Source of the DNA: Acidimicrobiaceae bacterium
Lineage (GTDB): Bacteria; Actinomycetota; Acidimicrobiia; Acidimicrobiales; RAAP-2
DNA: 64,000 nt
NCBI GenBank assembly: GCA_003132165.1
Contig: PKWW01000027.1
Span: forward strand, 3,312-67,311
Reading direction: 5' to 3'
Shown one piece after another: positions 40,146 through 50,098 of the stretch (position 1 is the first letter of the stretch; every line of letters starts with the position of its first letter). The notes under the pieces are model-generated. The model ran no database searches. It saw only the letters and a list, made by a program, of their open reading frames with translations, and had not been told where the DNA came from. The position numbers and the translations under genes are program-made.

Positions 40146-40664
40146 ATGCCAGCCAACGCCACCTGCGAAGGATGCGGTTTTCGATGGAGCGAGGTCACCG
40201 CGGACGAGGTTCCCTCTCGCATCAGTGTGGCGACCTCGTCTTTCGTGCACGTCATAGAGACCGCCGGAGCGAACGCGAACGCCCGGCCGTCACCGGAGCG
40301 GTGGTCAATCCTTGAGTACGCGGGTCACATGCGCGACGTCTTCATTTCCATTCGCGAGCGGATCATGAGAGCGTGCGTGGAAGACGAGCCGGTCGGAACC
40401 CCGATGTATCGCGAGGAGCGCGTCAACTTGGGCCTGTACCGTCTCGACACACCAAGCATTGTGGCGAAGGAATTGGCGACGCTCTCAGGTTTGTTCGCGA
40501 GAACCTTCCAGTCGCTTCCTGGACCATTCTTGGAGCGACGCCTCACCTACAGCACGGTGACGCCGGCGAAGGTGACAATCCTTTGGGCCGGGGCCCAAGC
40601 CGTGCACGAGGTCGAACACCATTTGGCTGATGCCCAGGAGAACCTCCGGCTTCTGAAGGCCTGA
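40146..40664 (+). CDS. DinB family protein
   Basis: CEGCGF, RPSPERWSILEYAGHMRD, AVHEVEHHL. Confidence 0.82.
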   Translation: MPANATCEGCGFRWSEVTADEVPSRISVATSSFVHVIETAGANANARPSPERWSILEYAGHMRDVFISIRERIMRACVEDEPVGTPMYREERVNLGLYRLDTPSIVAKELATLSGLFARTFQSLPGPFLERRLTYSTVTPAKVTILWAGAQAVHEVEHHLADAQENLRLLKA

Positions 40665-41026
40665 ACAGTGGGGGTCGAGTCCCCTTTCGTACGACGGAAC
40701 TGGCCGACGTGAAGGCCGTGCTCGAATTCCGGACTCGTACGCGCAGCACCATTCGCGAGCGCTCGACAGCCCCAGGTCGATTCATGCCTTATTGGCGCGA
40801 CTTCGAAGCTCCCACTCGTCTTGGACGAAAAAGCCCTCGTCGAGTCGATGATCGCCGGATGGGATGAAGGGGGACCTCAAGCTACCGCCTGGCGGCGCAT
40901 CCTGACTCGAGAAACCAGGGCATCGCCCGCGAACCCGTCACACGGGCCATTGATCACGGCACGGGTCCGGTCGCTTCCTTGTTGGGTGCCACCAAGAGCT
41001 CGAGACGATGTCGATAAAATCGACGT

Positions 41027-41920
41027 GTGGAACTCCAGAAGGTCATTCTGTATTACGGGTTCACGCCACTCGCAGACCCCGAGGCCGTGCGCCTCTGGCA
41101 ATGGACTCTTTGCGAGAGCCTTGATCTCAAGGGACGAATCCTCATCTCGCACCACGGCCTCAATGGAACACTCGGCGGCGATATGGCGGCCCTGAAGAGG
41201 TACGTGCGCCGGACCAAGGAATACCCCGGCTTCAAGAACATCGACTTTAAGTGGTCCGACGGCACGGGCGAGGACTTCCCGCGCCTGAGGGTTCGCGTCC
41301 GCGATGAGATCGTCTCGTTCGGCGCACCCGGCGAACTCAAGGTCGACGAGCAGGGCGTCATCGGCGGCGGCGTCCGCCTGAAGCCCGAGCAGGTCAACCA
41401 GCTCGTCGAAGAACGTGGTGATGACGTCGTCTTCTTCGACGGCCGCAACGCGTTTGAGGCGAAGATCGGCAAGTTCAAGAACGCAGTCGTTCCCGACGTC
41501 AAGACCACCAGGGACTTCGTGAGCGAACTCGAGAGTGGTCGGTACGACCACTTGAAAGACAAGGCCATCGTGACCTACTGCACCGGAGGTATTCGTTGCG
41601 AGGTCCTCTCGTCGGTAATGAAGAACCGTGGCTTCAACGAGGTGTACCAGATTGAGGGCGGCATCGTTCGCTACGGCGAGCAGTTCGCCGACAAGGGACT
41701 TTGGGAGGGATCGCTCTACCTCTTCGACGCGCGCATGAACCACGAGTTCAGTGATCAGTCCAAGGTCATTGGTGAGTGCGAACGTTGCGGGACACCCACC
41801 AGCAAGTTCTACAACTGCGCGAACCTGGCCTGTCGAAAGCTGATTCTCCTCTGCGCAGAGTGCACGTCTGACAATGTCAGCAAGAACTGCTCGCCAAACC
41901 ATGCAACTTGGCAGACTTGA
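41027..41920 (+). CDS. trhO: Rhodanese-related tRNA U34 hydroxylase
   Basis: [39 protein letters not shown]. Confidence 0.88.
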   Translation: MELQKVILYYGFTPLADPEAVRLWQWTLCESLDLKGRILISHHGLNGTLGGDMAALKRYVRRTKEYPGFKNIDFKWSDGTGEDFPRLRVRVRDEIVSFGAPGELKVDEQGVIGGGVRLKPEQVNQLVEERGDDVVFFDGRNAFEAKIGKFKNAVVPDVKTTRDFVSELESGRYDHLKDKAIVTYCTGGIRCEVLSSVMKNRGFNEVYQIEGGIVRYGEQFADKGLWEGSLYLFDARMNHEFSDQSKVIGECERCGTPTSKFYNCANLACRKLILLCAECTSDNVSKNCSPNHATWQT

Positions 41921-42002
41921 GCCCATACGAGCTTGATGACAGTTCTTGTGCCATTCACGCGGATGGCGTCACACGAGCACTCGTCCAGATGACGGAGGCA
42001 AG

Positions 42003-42773
42003 ATGATCAGGGTAACGCGAGATGGTGCAGTGGGAATCGTGACGCTCAATCGTCCGGAGTCCCGCAATGCACTCACCGGGCAGATGATGCGAGACCTTTT
42101 CTCCTCACTCATCGACCTCGATCATGACGAGGACATCCGCGCAGTCGTGCTGACCGGCGCCGATCCCGCCTTTTGCGCCGGGCTCGACCTCAATGACCTC
42201 GCCAGCACATACAGCGACATGCAACTCTCGTCCGACGTCGATGTGCCTCAACGCGGACTGATACCAGCATTGCGCACCCCGATCATCGCCGCGGTCAACG
42301 GACCTGCGGTCACCGGTGGCCTCGAGTTGGCTCTCGGGTGTGACTGGATGATCGCCTCGCGCCAATACGCCACGTTTGCCGACACTCACGCCAGGGTTGG
42401 CGTGATGCCTGGTGCCGGTATGACCATCCGACTTCCTCAACTCATTGGTATTAACCGTGCTCGCCAGATGTCCTTCACCGGCAATTTCATCAACGCGACC
42501 ACCGCCTACGAGTGGGGGCTTGTCAATGAGATCTGCGAACACGAGCAACTGATGCCTCGGGCTCTCGAGATGGCGGGCGCCATCGCCGACGCGGATCCCC
42601 TCGCCGTGCACGAGCTTCGACACATGTACGAGGAGTTGGGTCTTCGCACCGACGGTGATGCCTACCGTGAGGAGTCTCGTTGGAGCCGACGCTGGATGAA
42701 GGAGCGTTTCGACGGCGGTGCCTTCTCGAAGAAGAGGGACGACATCATCGCTCGCGGCAGCGCCCAGCAGTAG
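42003..42773 (+). CDS. Enoyl-CoA hydratase family protein
   Basis: LNRPESRNAL, FCAGLDL, AVTGGLELAL, FADTHARVG. Confidence 0.92.
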   Translation: MIRVTRDGAVGIVTLNRPESRNALTGQMMRDLFSSLIDLDHDEDIRAVVLTGADPAFCAGLDLNDLASTYSDMQLSSDVDVPQRGLIPALRTPIIAAVNGPAVTGGLELALGCDWMIASRQYATFADTHARVGVMPGAGMTIRLPQLIGINRARQMSFTGNFINATTAYEWGLVNEICEHEQLMPRALEMAGAIADADPLAVHELRHMYEELGLRTDGDAYREESRWSRRWMKERFDGGAFSKKRDDIIARGSAQQ

Positions 42774-42860
42774 TTCCTCAGTCACGAGGCGCCAATTTCA
42801 ATCTCGACCATTAATCGTTGGTCACCGGTCGAGATTGAGATCCTGATGTAGACAAGGTCC

Positions 42861-43895
42861 ATGGCGACGCACGAACATGAACTGACCCAACCCGTTGACC
42901 TCTGCACCCCGGATGGGCTTTTGCTCAATCCCGCGGCCAAAGGTTGGTCGCGATTCCCCCTTCACCGGGCGAACCTCGGTGGTCCTTTCGGGCTCAACAA
43001 GCGATGGGACTATTGGGCCATTCTCGCCGGTGACTTCATCGTGTCGTTGACCTTCGCCGACGTCGATCACCTTGGTCTCGCCGACGTCTACTGGGCTGAC
43101 CTCGCAACAACCGAAACTGGTGGTCAGGCAATTGTTCTGGGAGCGGGCGAGGGGATCTCGCTACCCGAACGGCCAGGTACCGATCCTCTCATAATCGATC
43201 ACGGTTCGTTCTCACTTCACATCACTGACGATGAAGAGGGCACGCATCTGGTCGCTTCGTGGGTCGAGCTCGACGGGCGGCCGGGGTCGCTCGACGTGTT
43301 CGTCGGGCTCCCCTCGGGCCACGAGTCGCTCAATGTCGTCATCCCATGGAGCGACGAACTCTTCAACTTCACTTCCAAACATCAAGCGCGTCCCGCGCTC
43401 GGCGAGCTGACCGTCGGTGACCAGCGCTGGCCCATTGGCGGACACGACGGGGACGCGTCGTGGGGTGTCCTTGACGTCGGGCGAGGGCGCTGGCCATCGC
43501 GGATCGCCTGGAACTGGGGCGGTGGAGCTGGGCGCAGCGGGTCCCACGTGATCGGCCTTCAGATCGGCGCGAAATGGACGGCCGGGAGCGGCTTCACCGA
43601 AAATGCTCTCATCGTCGATGGACGTCTCTCCAAGATTGGAAGCGAACTGGAGTGGATCTACGACTGGGACAGCCCAATGAAGCCCTGGCAGATCACTGAT
43701 CCCAACGGTCAGCTCGATGCGATACTCACGCCACGTTTTGACAAGCACACGCTGGTCGACGTCAGCCCCGAACTCGGCAGCGAAGTCCATCAGGTGTTCG
43801 GCACATGGTCGGGTCGACTCGTGACTGACGACGACGTAGCGATCGAGTTCAACGATCTCCAAGGCTTCGCCGAAGAGGCCCGTCAGCGCTGGTAA
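42861..43895 (+). CDS. DUF2804 family protein
   Basis: AKGWSR, NKRWDYW, DVGRGRWP, WNWGGG, HQVFGTWSG, FAEEARQRW. Confidence 0.8.
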   Translation: MATHEHELTQPVDLCTPDGLLLNPAAKGWSRFPLHRANLGGPFGLNKRWDYWAILAGDFIVSLTFADVDHLGLADVYWADLATTETGGQAIVLGAGEGISLPERPGTDPLIIDHGSFSLHITDDEEGTHLVASWVELDGRPGSLDVFVGLPSGHESLNVVIPWSDELFNFTSKHQARPALGELTVGDQRWPIGGHDGDASWGVLDVGRGRWPSRIAWNWGGGAGRSGSHVIGLQIGAKWTAGSGFTENALIVDGRLSKIGSELEWIYDWDSPMKPWQITDPNGQLDAILTPRFDKHTLVDVSPELGSEVHQVFGTWSGRLVTDDDVAIEFNDLQGFAEEARQRW

Positions 43896-43947
43896 TCACT
43901 CGTTTCGCCGAAGGTGCCTCGAACGCGGTTCTCGGCGAGACGTTGAA

Positions 43948-44400
43948 CTACACGCCCGGCTCGAGCAACCGCGCGGGGTTGTACTTGATTTCACCAAGGA
44001 CGATTCGACTTTGCACGTCGCGAGCGCCGAGCTGGCGAAGGGTGTCGACGACGGACTGCAGTTCATCGGTGTTGCGACTGACGATCCATAGTTGGTAGTC
44101 GAGCTCGCCCGTCGTGTGAATCGCGCTCTGCACCTGGGGAACACTATTCAGATTGTGCTCAAAGTCGTGACGGTCGACCGTCTCTTTGAGTTTGATGTCG
44201 GTCAGCGAGTGCAAAGTTCGCCCGAGGGCGGCAAGGTTGAGCTCGGCGTGCACCCCTTCGAGGACTCCGGATTGGCGAAGCCGGCGAACACGGTCTGCTG
44301 TGCTGTTCGAGCTCAAATGTACGCGAGTGGCTAATTGCTGATAACTCAGACGGCCATCGTCAATCAGAGCTTCCAATAATTGGCGGTCGATATGGTCCAT
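43948..44400 (-). CDS. Lrp/AsnC family transcriptional regulator
   Basis: DHIDRQLLEALIDDGRLSY HTH, TTGELDY. Confidence 0.92.
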   Translation of the reverse strand: MDHIDRQLLEALIDDGRLSYQQLATRVHLSSNSTADRVRRLRQSGVLEGVHAELNLAALGRTLHSLTDIKLKETVDRHDFEHNLNSVPQVQSAIHTTGELDYQLWIVSRNTDELQSVVDTLRQLGARDVQSRIVLGEIKYNPARLLEPGV

Positions 44401-44443
44401 GTCACGTCCCCCACTAGCGAACCTCACTAAACGAGGTAATTAT

Positions 44444-44458
44444 TAGAATATAATACAC
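44444..44458 (+). promoter_or_regulatory. Candidate Lrp box overlapping a TATAAT -10 element in the divergent promoter
   Basis: TAGAATATAATACAC matches 12 of 15 positions of the E. coli Lrp consensus YAGHAWATTWTDCTR; lies in an AT-rich stretch. Confidence 0.4.
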
Positions 44459-44532
44459 TATTCGAGGTTTAAGTAGCACTTATGAACCATAATCCGAGTC
44501 ATTTGAGGTAGTAAGGCACGTAATCTGGAAGC

Positions 44533-45348
44533 ATGTTTTTCCTCGTTCTTCGTATCATTATTGCCCCTCTTGTTGTTGTCGGTGGAACCTTCGTGCAGCG
44601 TCGATTTGGCCATGTTGTCAGCGGTTTGGTCATCGGTCTGCCCCTTACCAGCCTCCCTCTCCTGTGGCTCGTCGCCATCCAGCACGGCACGCTGTTCGCG
44701 CGGTCCATGTCGAGCGCCAGCCTGGTTGGCTGCGTCGCCGAGATCGTCATGATCTGGACCTACGCGACTCTGGCCCGTCGTCTCTCCCCGACCCGCACGT
44801 TGCTCGCCTCGCTGGCGGTCTTCACGCTCACGGCGGGGGTCATCGACCTCTTCACCTTCTCAGCGCTCCTCGGCGGACTACTCGCAGCCGGCGGATTTGC
44901 CATCGCCTTGCGTTTCTGGCCCACAACTATCGACGAGCCTGTCGAGGGAAGTGGCCGCTACCGGCTCACACTACGAGCCGTTCTCGCAGCGGGCTTCAGT
45001 TTTCTCGTGATCACGATGGCCGGACGGATTGGGCCGGGCCTTTCCGGTCTCGCCGAGGCGCTTCCGATCATGAGTCTCGTGATCGCGTTCATCACACACC
45101 AGGAGATCGGCGCCCACGCCACATCACGCTTCCTGCAAGGCGTGGTCAAGGGATCCTTCTCCTACGTCGCCTCAATTCTCGTGTTCACCGAGTTGATGGC
45201 CAGTGGTCCCATTTGGATTGCCATCCTTGTCGCCCTCGGCGTTGCGGGGACGGCCCAGGTCGCCGTCCAGTACCTGGACTCATGGCCGGGCTTCAAACGC
45301 GTCATCAGCTACTCCTTCTTCAGCGCACGGGTGTCACTGGAGAGCTAG
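44533..45348 (+). CDS. Multi-pass membrane protein with internal duplication, putative exporter
   Basis: Two similar halves (RRFGHVVSGLVIGLP / GRIGPGLSGLAEALP); divergent from the Lrp gene. Confidence 0.75.
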   Translation: MFFLVLRIIIAPLVVVGGTFVQRRFGHVVSGLVIGLPLTSLPLLWLVAIQHGTLFARSMSSASLVGCVAEIVMIWTYATLARRLSPTRTLLASLAVFTLTAGVIDLFTFSALLGGLLAAGGFAIALRFWPTTIDEPVEGSGRYRLTLRAVLAAGFSFLVITMAGRIGPGLSGLAEALPIMSLVIAFITHQEIGAHATSRFLQGVVKGSFSYVASILVFTELMASGPIWIAILVALGVAGTAQVAVQYLDSWPGFKRVISYSFFSARVSLES

Positions 45349-45370
45349 GTCCGTGACCTGTCACGGACCT
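45347..45370 (+). terminator. Perfect 11-bp inverted repeat at the stop codon, terminator-like
   Basis: AGGTCCGTGAC-CT-GTCACGGACCT; no U-tract. Confidence 0.45.
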
Positions 45371-45643
45371 CCGTCACTGACGCGAAGTACTGGATTCTGG
45401 TTTGCTGCTCCGCCGTCTCGGGCGCGAGCTGTATCCAAGGAAAAGAACGCGGCGTTCCTGGCTTTAGCCAACTTCGAGTTCTTCTCATGAGAGAACCGTC
45501 GTCAAAGCCCAGCCCCATCAGTGGGGTGAGCTTTGTCACGCAAGGCCACACGCTGGCGTTCGTTTCACGAAGGAACGAGATTCTCCGCTGCTCGTTAATC
45601 TCGGTGTGGACGAGATCGTTCGTCCACAGAATCGGAGAACGCA

Positions 45644-46360
45644 ATGACCGCTGCCTCGCTGCCGGGACCGCTCGCATTGGTTGGGTCGGGTGAGTACCTG
45701 CCCCAGATGGCGGACATCGAGGCCGGACTGCTCGAAGGCCGACCTCCCCGTTACGTCCAACTCGCTACTGCGGCCGTTCCCGACGGACCGTCGGTCGTCG
45801 AGTACTGGCACAATCTGGGTATCGAGCAGGCCAAGCGACTCGGTGTCGAGCCCGTGATCGTCCCAGTCAACAACACTGACGACGCCAACGACGAACAGCT
45901 CGCGCAGCTCGTTCGCGGGGCGGGGCTCATCTACCTTTCAGGGGGAAATCCCGCATTCCTCGCCGACACCTTGCGTGGTTCAAAGGTCTGGAAGGCGATC
46001 GTCGCCACGTGGGAACAAGGCGCGGCGCTCGCGGGTTGCAGCGCCGGGGCCATGGCCCTCACCTCGTGGGTACCTTCGCTTCGTCACCCGCGCAAGGGGG
46101 GCACCGAGGGTCTCGGTCTCTTGCCCCATCTGCGGGTGATCCCGCATTTCGACGCCTTCGCCGCGAGGATGCCGGACCTGGTAACCCGCTTCATACTGCC
46201 CCACGATCCTTCGATCACGGTCCTCGGCGTCGACGAGGACACCGCTCTCGTCGGGGGCCCCAGCACGTGGACCGTACGGGGGCGCCAGTCGGCCTGGATA
46301 CTGACTCTGGACGGCAAGCAAGAGCTCACCGAGGGCTCGACCATCACTACCGGCAGTTGA
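45644..46360 (+). CDS. Peptidase S51 / class I glutamine amidotransferase-like protein
   Basis: LVGSGEY, YLSGGNP, AGCSAGAM nucleophile, IPHFD. Confidence 0.85.
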   Translation: MTAASLPGPLALVGSGEYLPQMADIEAGLLEGRPPRYVQLATAAVPDGPSVVEYWHNLGIEQAKRLGVEPVIVPVNNTDDANDEQLAQLVRGAGLIYLSGGNPAFLADTLRGSKVWKAIVATWEQGAALAGCSAGAMALTSWVPSLRHPRKGGTEGLGLLPHLRVIPHFDAFAARMPDLVTRFILPHDPSITVLGVDEDTALVGGPSTWTVRGRQSAWILTLDGKQELTEGSTITTGS

Positions 46361-46536
46361 CCGGCCTCACTCTGTCAACGAGTCTCCATCGACGTCGCGG
46401 AACGTGACGACCGAGCGTTGGGCCCCCGGGGTTCGGATGGCGCTTCGAATGGCGGTTGAGGACCTCGACACTGACCAGCAGCTCTTCGATTATGCCGGTG
46501 AACGGTTTGCGCACCATGATCCATATGCCGCCTTCG

Positions 46537-47127
46537 CTACGCAACGCCCGTGACGGTGGACGTGCGCACCAACATGAAACCGAATGGAACCGCGATGATT
46601 AACTGGGCGAGGAACAGGACATGGAGGACGTCGAAGTAGTCGATGGCCCCGAGCGCGAAACCGAGTAATTCGATACCGAGCAACCCCCGACGCCACGAGG
46701 TGCCCGTCAACTGGAAGTACATCCACAGGCTCGCCACAGGCTCGAACAGCATGGTCGCGATCCCCACGACCGTGTGAAAGTCCTTCAGCGGCACCGAGCG
46801 CGTATAGACGTACGTACTCACCAGTGTGAGCAACATCAAGAGTCCGTAGCAGCGAAGCAGCCACGCGAAGATCCCACGACGCCAACCCGCTCTGCGCAGT
46901 CCGTGCGCGCCGAGCAGCGACAGATACGACGCGAGCCCGAATCCCAGCGTGTAGGGAATGACTGTCTTGATATGGATGCCGTAGTTGGAGAAACCACCTT
47001 CGTCCCACTTGAGTACGAAGCCGGGGTGCAGCGCGAGGCATACCAATGAGAAGAACGCCAGCGAGAGTTGCCCGTACTTGACGTACCTCGTCGCTCGAGC
47101 GCTCATGGGCTGAGTGTAACGAGCCAC
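46537..47127 (-). CDS. Hypothetical membrane protein
   Basis: About six hydrophobic segments; GFSNYG and FHT motifs; no family recognised. Confidence 0.7.
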   Translation of the reverse strand: MARYTQPMSARATRYVKYGQLSLAFFSLVCLALHPGFVLKWDEGGFSNYGIHIKTVIPYTLGFGLASYLSLLGAHGLRRAGWRRGIFAWLLRCYGLLMLLTLVSTYVYTRSVPLKDFHTVVGIATMLFEPVASLWMYFQLTGTSWRRGLLGIELLGFALGAIDYFDVLHVLFLAQLIIAVPFGFMLVRTSTVTGVA

Positions 47128-47159
47128 CGCTTCGCAGCGTGGAGAAGTAGTTTCTCCCT

Positions 47160-47777
47160 ATGAGCCTCTACAGCGAGATCGTCGTCCCGCGCCTCGTCAA
47201 CTTGACGTGTGGCACGAAGGGGATGCAACGTTGGAGGGAGCGAGCCTGCGCCGAGTTAACGGGTGTCGTAGTGGAGATCGGCTTCGGTTCGGGCACTAAC
47301 GTGCAGCACTTGCCCGCGTCGGTGGAGAGGTTGTACGCGATAGAGCCGAGCGGTGTCGCGAGGAAGCTCGCCGCGAGGCGAATCGACGACTCCTCGGTGC
47401 CCATCGATCACATCGGTCTCGACGGTGAAGACATCCCCCTACCCGACGAGAGTTGCGACAGTGCGTTGTGCACGTTCACGCTCTGCACCGTGCCCCATCC
47501 CGATATTGCATTGAGGGAACTTCTTCGTGTCCTGAAACCGGGTGGCACGCTGCACTACCTTGAGCACGGCCTCGCTCCCGATGCGTCAGTCGCCAAGTGG
47601 CAGCACCGGATCGACCCGATCGAGCGACGAATCGCCGACGGTTGCCTGCTCACCCGAGATCCTGTCGCCCTCATCAAGATGGCGGGCTTCGAGACGGTAT
47701 GGACCAGGCAGCGCTACGTGAAAGGTCCGAAGCCCTGGAGTTACTTCAGCACTGGCGTCGCGCGAAAAATCGTCTGA
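47160..47777 (+). CDS. Class I SAM-dependent methyltransferase
   Basis: VEIGFGSG, FTLCTVP, LKPGG.LHYLEHG. Confidence 0.9.
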   Translation: MSLYSEIVVPRLVNLTCGTKGMQRWRERACAELTGVVVEIGFGSGTNVQHLPASVERLYAIEPSGVARKLAARRIDDSSVPIDHIGLDGEDIPLPDESCDSALCTFTLCTVPHPDIALRELLRVLKPGGTLHYLEHGLAPDASVAKWQHRIDPIERRIADGCLLTRDPVALIKMAGFETVWTRQRYVKGPKPWSYFSTGVARKIV

Positions 47778-47783
47778 GGGGTC

Positions 47784-48695
47784 TCACTGCCCCGGGAGCC
47801 ATGCACCGGGTGCGCCACGGTAGAAACTGATGGTGCCGATTCCGACGCCGACCTTCAGGTTCAGATTCGACAGCGCGGAGGTGGACCCCGCGTCGGCGAA
47901 GAACGACTTCTCGCCGAATGGATAGTCGATGTTGTTGCTTCCGCTCTGAGCGACAAGATTCACTCGCACCCCCGGTGGAATCTCGATCGTGAGGTCCCCG
48001 GCGGCGACTGTCGCGGTGACGCTCACCGTGTGGCGCGCGAAATTGACGCTACGAAGGTCGATGGTCATATCCCCGAACGCCAGACGGTACGTTGGGTGCA
48101 CCTCACCAATCGACGTGGGCTCGTAGATCTTCTGTCCGATGCCGCCCGAGACTGGTGTGCCCGCCGATGACACGTACACCAACAACGCGCCCGACGCGAG
48201 GATCACGATACTCAGGACTCCAATGAATAATCCCGCGATCAGACGTGTGAACGAAAGACGCCGCACCGGTCGGCGCAGCGACAGCACCGCCAGCACCACC
48301 AGAAACACGAGCCATGCGAGACTGATCCCCTTTGCCAAACCCGGGCCACCTAGGGCCACCGAAGCGAATATGAGTCCCACGCAGAGTGCCGCAGCGATCA
48401 GCGCGAGACTGCGAAGACCGAAGCGCTTGGCTCGTGACTCGTCCGGTAACTCGTCATTGGACCCATACGTCGTTCCCGACGCGGGGACCAAAGCCCACAT
48501 GGCCAGATAGATCGCCGCACCCAGGCCCCAAAGACAGGTGAGGACGACGAAGACCACCCGAACGATGTTCGCGTCGACCTCAAATCGCTCGCCTATGCCC
48601 CCGGCGACACCACCCAACTTGCGGTGCACTGCACTTCGGTGCAATCCCTCTTCCGGAACTGGCTCTTGCACGGGGATCTCTTCGACGTCGCTCAT
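47784..48695 (-). CDS. PspC domain protein with LiaF-like C-terminal domain
   Basis: LHRS..HRKLGGVAGGIGERF, AAIYLAMW; C-terminal FGDMTIDLR..IEIPPGV. Confidence 0.85.
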   Translation of the reverse strand: MSDVEEIPVQEPVPEEGLHRSAVHRKLGGVAGGIGERFEVDANIVRVVFVVLTCLWGLGAAIYLAMWALVPASGTTYGSNDELPDESRAKRFGLRSLALIAAALCVGLIFASVALGGPGLAKGISLAWLVFLVVLAVLSLRRPVRRLSFTRLIAGLFIGVLSIVILASGALLVYVSSAGTPVSGGIGQKIYEPTSIGEVHPTYRLAFGDMTIDLRSVNFARHTVSVTATVAAGDLTIEIPPGVRVNLVAQSGSNNIDYPFGEKSFFADAGSTSALSNLNLKVGVGIGTISFYRGAPGAWLPGQ

Positions 48696-48732
48696 GTGAA
48701 CGATGATAAGGAGATCGAACCGGCTATTTCTA

Positions 48733-48779
48733 TAGGGATAAACCCTGAGTCCGGGCCCATCGCTAAGGGTTGACCCCGA
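48733..48779. promoter_or_regulatory. Two imperfect palindromes AGGG-N5-CCC(T/G), candidate response-regulator sites
   Basis: TAGGGATAAACCCTGA at 48733 and AAGGGTTGACCCCGA at 48765, 32 bp apart, in the divergent intergenic region. Confidence 0.55.
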
Positions 48780-48826
48780 TTGTGGGTGCGCTTCAGGGGT
48801 GCCAGACTTTGGCCATCACGAAGAAC

Positions 48827-50098
48827 ATGAACTCCACCGCAACTGCGACTCGACGCGCGTATTCTCGTCCCGAGCGCCCGCTACGACGATCGACCGGCGA
48901 CGCAATCCTCGGCGGGGTCTGCAGTGGACTCGCACGACGGCTCGGCGTGCCGACGCGGACGGTACGAATCATCGCCGTCGTGACCATCTTCTTCGCCGCC
49001 GTTGGGCCCGCAATTTATCTGGCGCTCTGGATTATGACCATCCGACGTGGGGAGAGCGAGTCAATCTTCGATCGAACACGCTCGGACAAGCGCGAGAAGG
49101 AGATCATCTTCGTCGTCTCGATCGCAGTGATAGCCCTGCTCATCGCTCTACGCACGCTGGGGCTTCACGTGCTCGGGTTGTTCTTCTGGGTCCTGACACT
49201 GTGCGTGCTCGAGGGACTCATGGTGTGGCGCGGTTCGTCGGGCGACGAACGCGACCACCTGCGCGGTCTCACCACCTCGCCGCTGGTCACATCAATGACC
49301 GACACCAAGGGATGGCGCGGCGTCGCCATTCGTACGGGCGTAGGGATCGTCGTCGGCGTCTGGGGAATATCGCTCCTCTCACGCGTGGGCAACGAACAGG
49401 GTGCCGCCGCCTACGTCCTGATCGGCGCCGTGGCACTGCTCTTGGGGGTCCTCGTCCTCTTCGCTCCCTGGTGGGTCAGCACCGTTCGAGACCTCACCCA
49501 AGAGCGCAGGGCCCGTATCCGCGCTCAGGACCGAGCCGATATGGCGGCACACGTCCACGATTCAGTCATGCAGACCTTGTCGCTCATCCAACGCGCCGCC
49601 AATGATCCGGGCGAAGTGACCAGGCTGGCGCGGATACAGGAAAGAGACCTCCGTATCTGGCTGGCCAACCCCGAGTCCTTCGGAAGGCCGACCACCAATC
49701 CCAGTACGCTCGCCCAGGCCGCCTTCGAGATCGAGCGCGAAGTGGAGGACAACTACGGTGTCGGCGTCGACGTGGTGGTGGTTGGTGACGCGCAGCTCGA
49801 TGACAACTCGTCGGCCGTACTGGCGGCCGGTCGCGAGGCGACGATCAATGCAGCGAAATGGTCCGGGGCCACGAGTATCTCTCTTTACATCGAAGCCGAG
49901 CCCGACCAACTTTCGATGTACGTTCGCGATCAAGGTACCGGCTTCAACGTCGACGCGGTCCCACGAGATCGCCAGGGGATCTCGCGTTCCATCGTCGAGC
50001 GAATGGAACGCCACGGCGGCACTGCGGTAATCAGGACTTCGCCCGAATCCGGCACCGAGGTTGAACTGCGGCTTCCAGTGTCGAGCAATCCCTCGTGA
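48827..50098 (+). CDS. PspC-domain sensor histidine kinase
   Basis: N-terminal ILGGVCSGLA PspC motif; AAHVHDSVMQTL H-box; NAAKWSG, DQGTGF, GTEV. Confidence 0.92.
   Translation: MNSTATATRRAYSRPERPLRRSTGDAILGGVCSGLARRLGVPTRTVRIIAVVTIFFAAVGPAIYLALWIMTIRRGESESIFDRTRSDKREKEIIFVVSIAVIALLIALRTLGLHVLGLFFWVLTLCVLEGLMVWRGSSGDERDHLRGLTTSPLVTSMTDTKGWRGVAIRTGVGIVVGVWGISLLSRVGNEQGAAAYVLIGAVALLLGVLVLFAPWWVSTVRDLTQERRARIRAQDRADMAAHVHDSVMQTLSLIQRAANDPGEVTRLARIQERDLRIWLANPESFGRPTTNPSTLAQAAFEIEREVEDNYGVGVDVVVVGDAQLDDNSSAVLAAGREATINAAKWSGATSISLYIEAEPDQLSMYVRDQGTGFNVDAVPRDRQGISRSIVERMERHGGTAVIRTSPESGTEVELRLPVSSNPS

Noticed and set aside
40665-40955. Possible decayed gene (GNAT-like) between dinB and trhO
   Set aside because: The translated fragments look protein-like but no family motif could be supported.
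45370-45540. Possible methyltransferase remnant on the minus strand (WLKPG)
   Set aside because: A single short motif is not enough evidence.
46347-46544. 65-aa minus-strand ORF
   Set aside because: No recognisable features, and it overlaps both neighbours.
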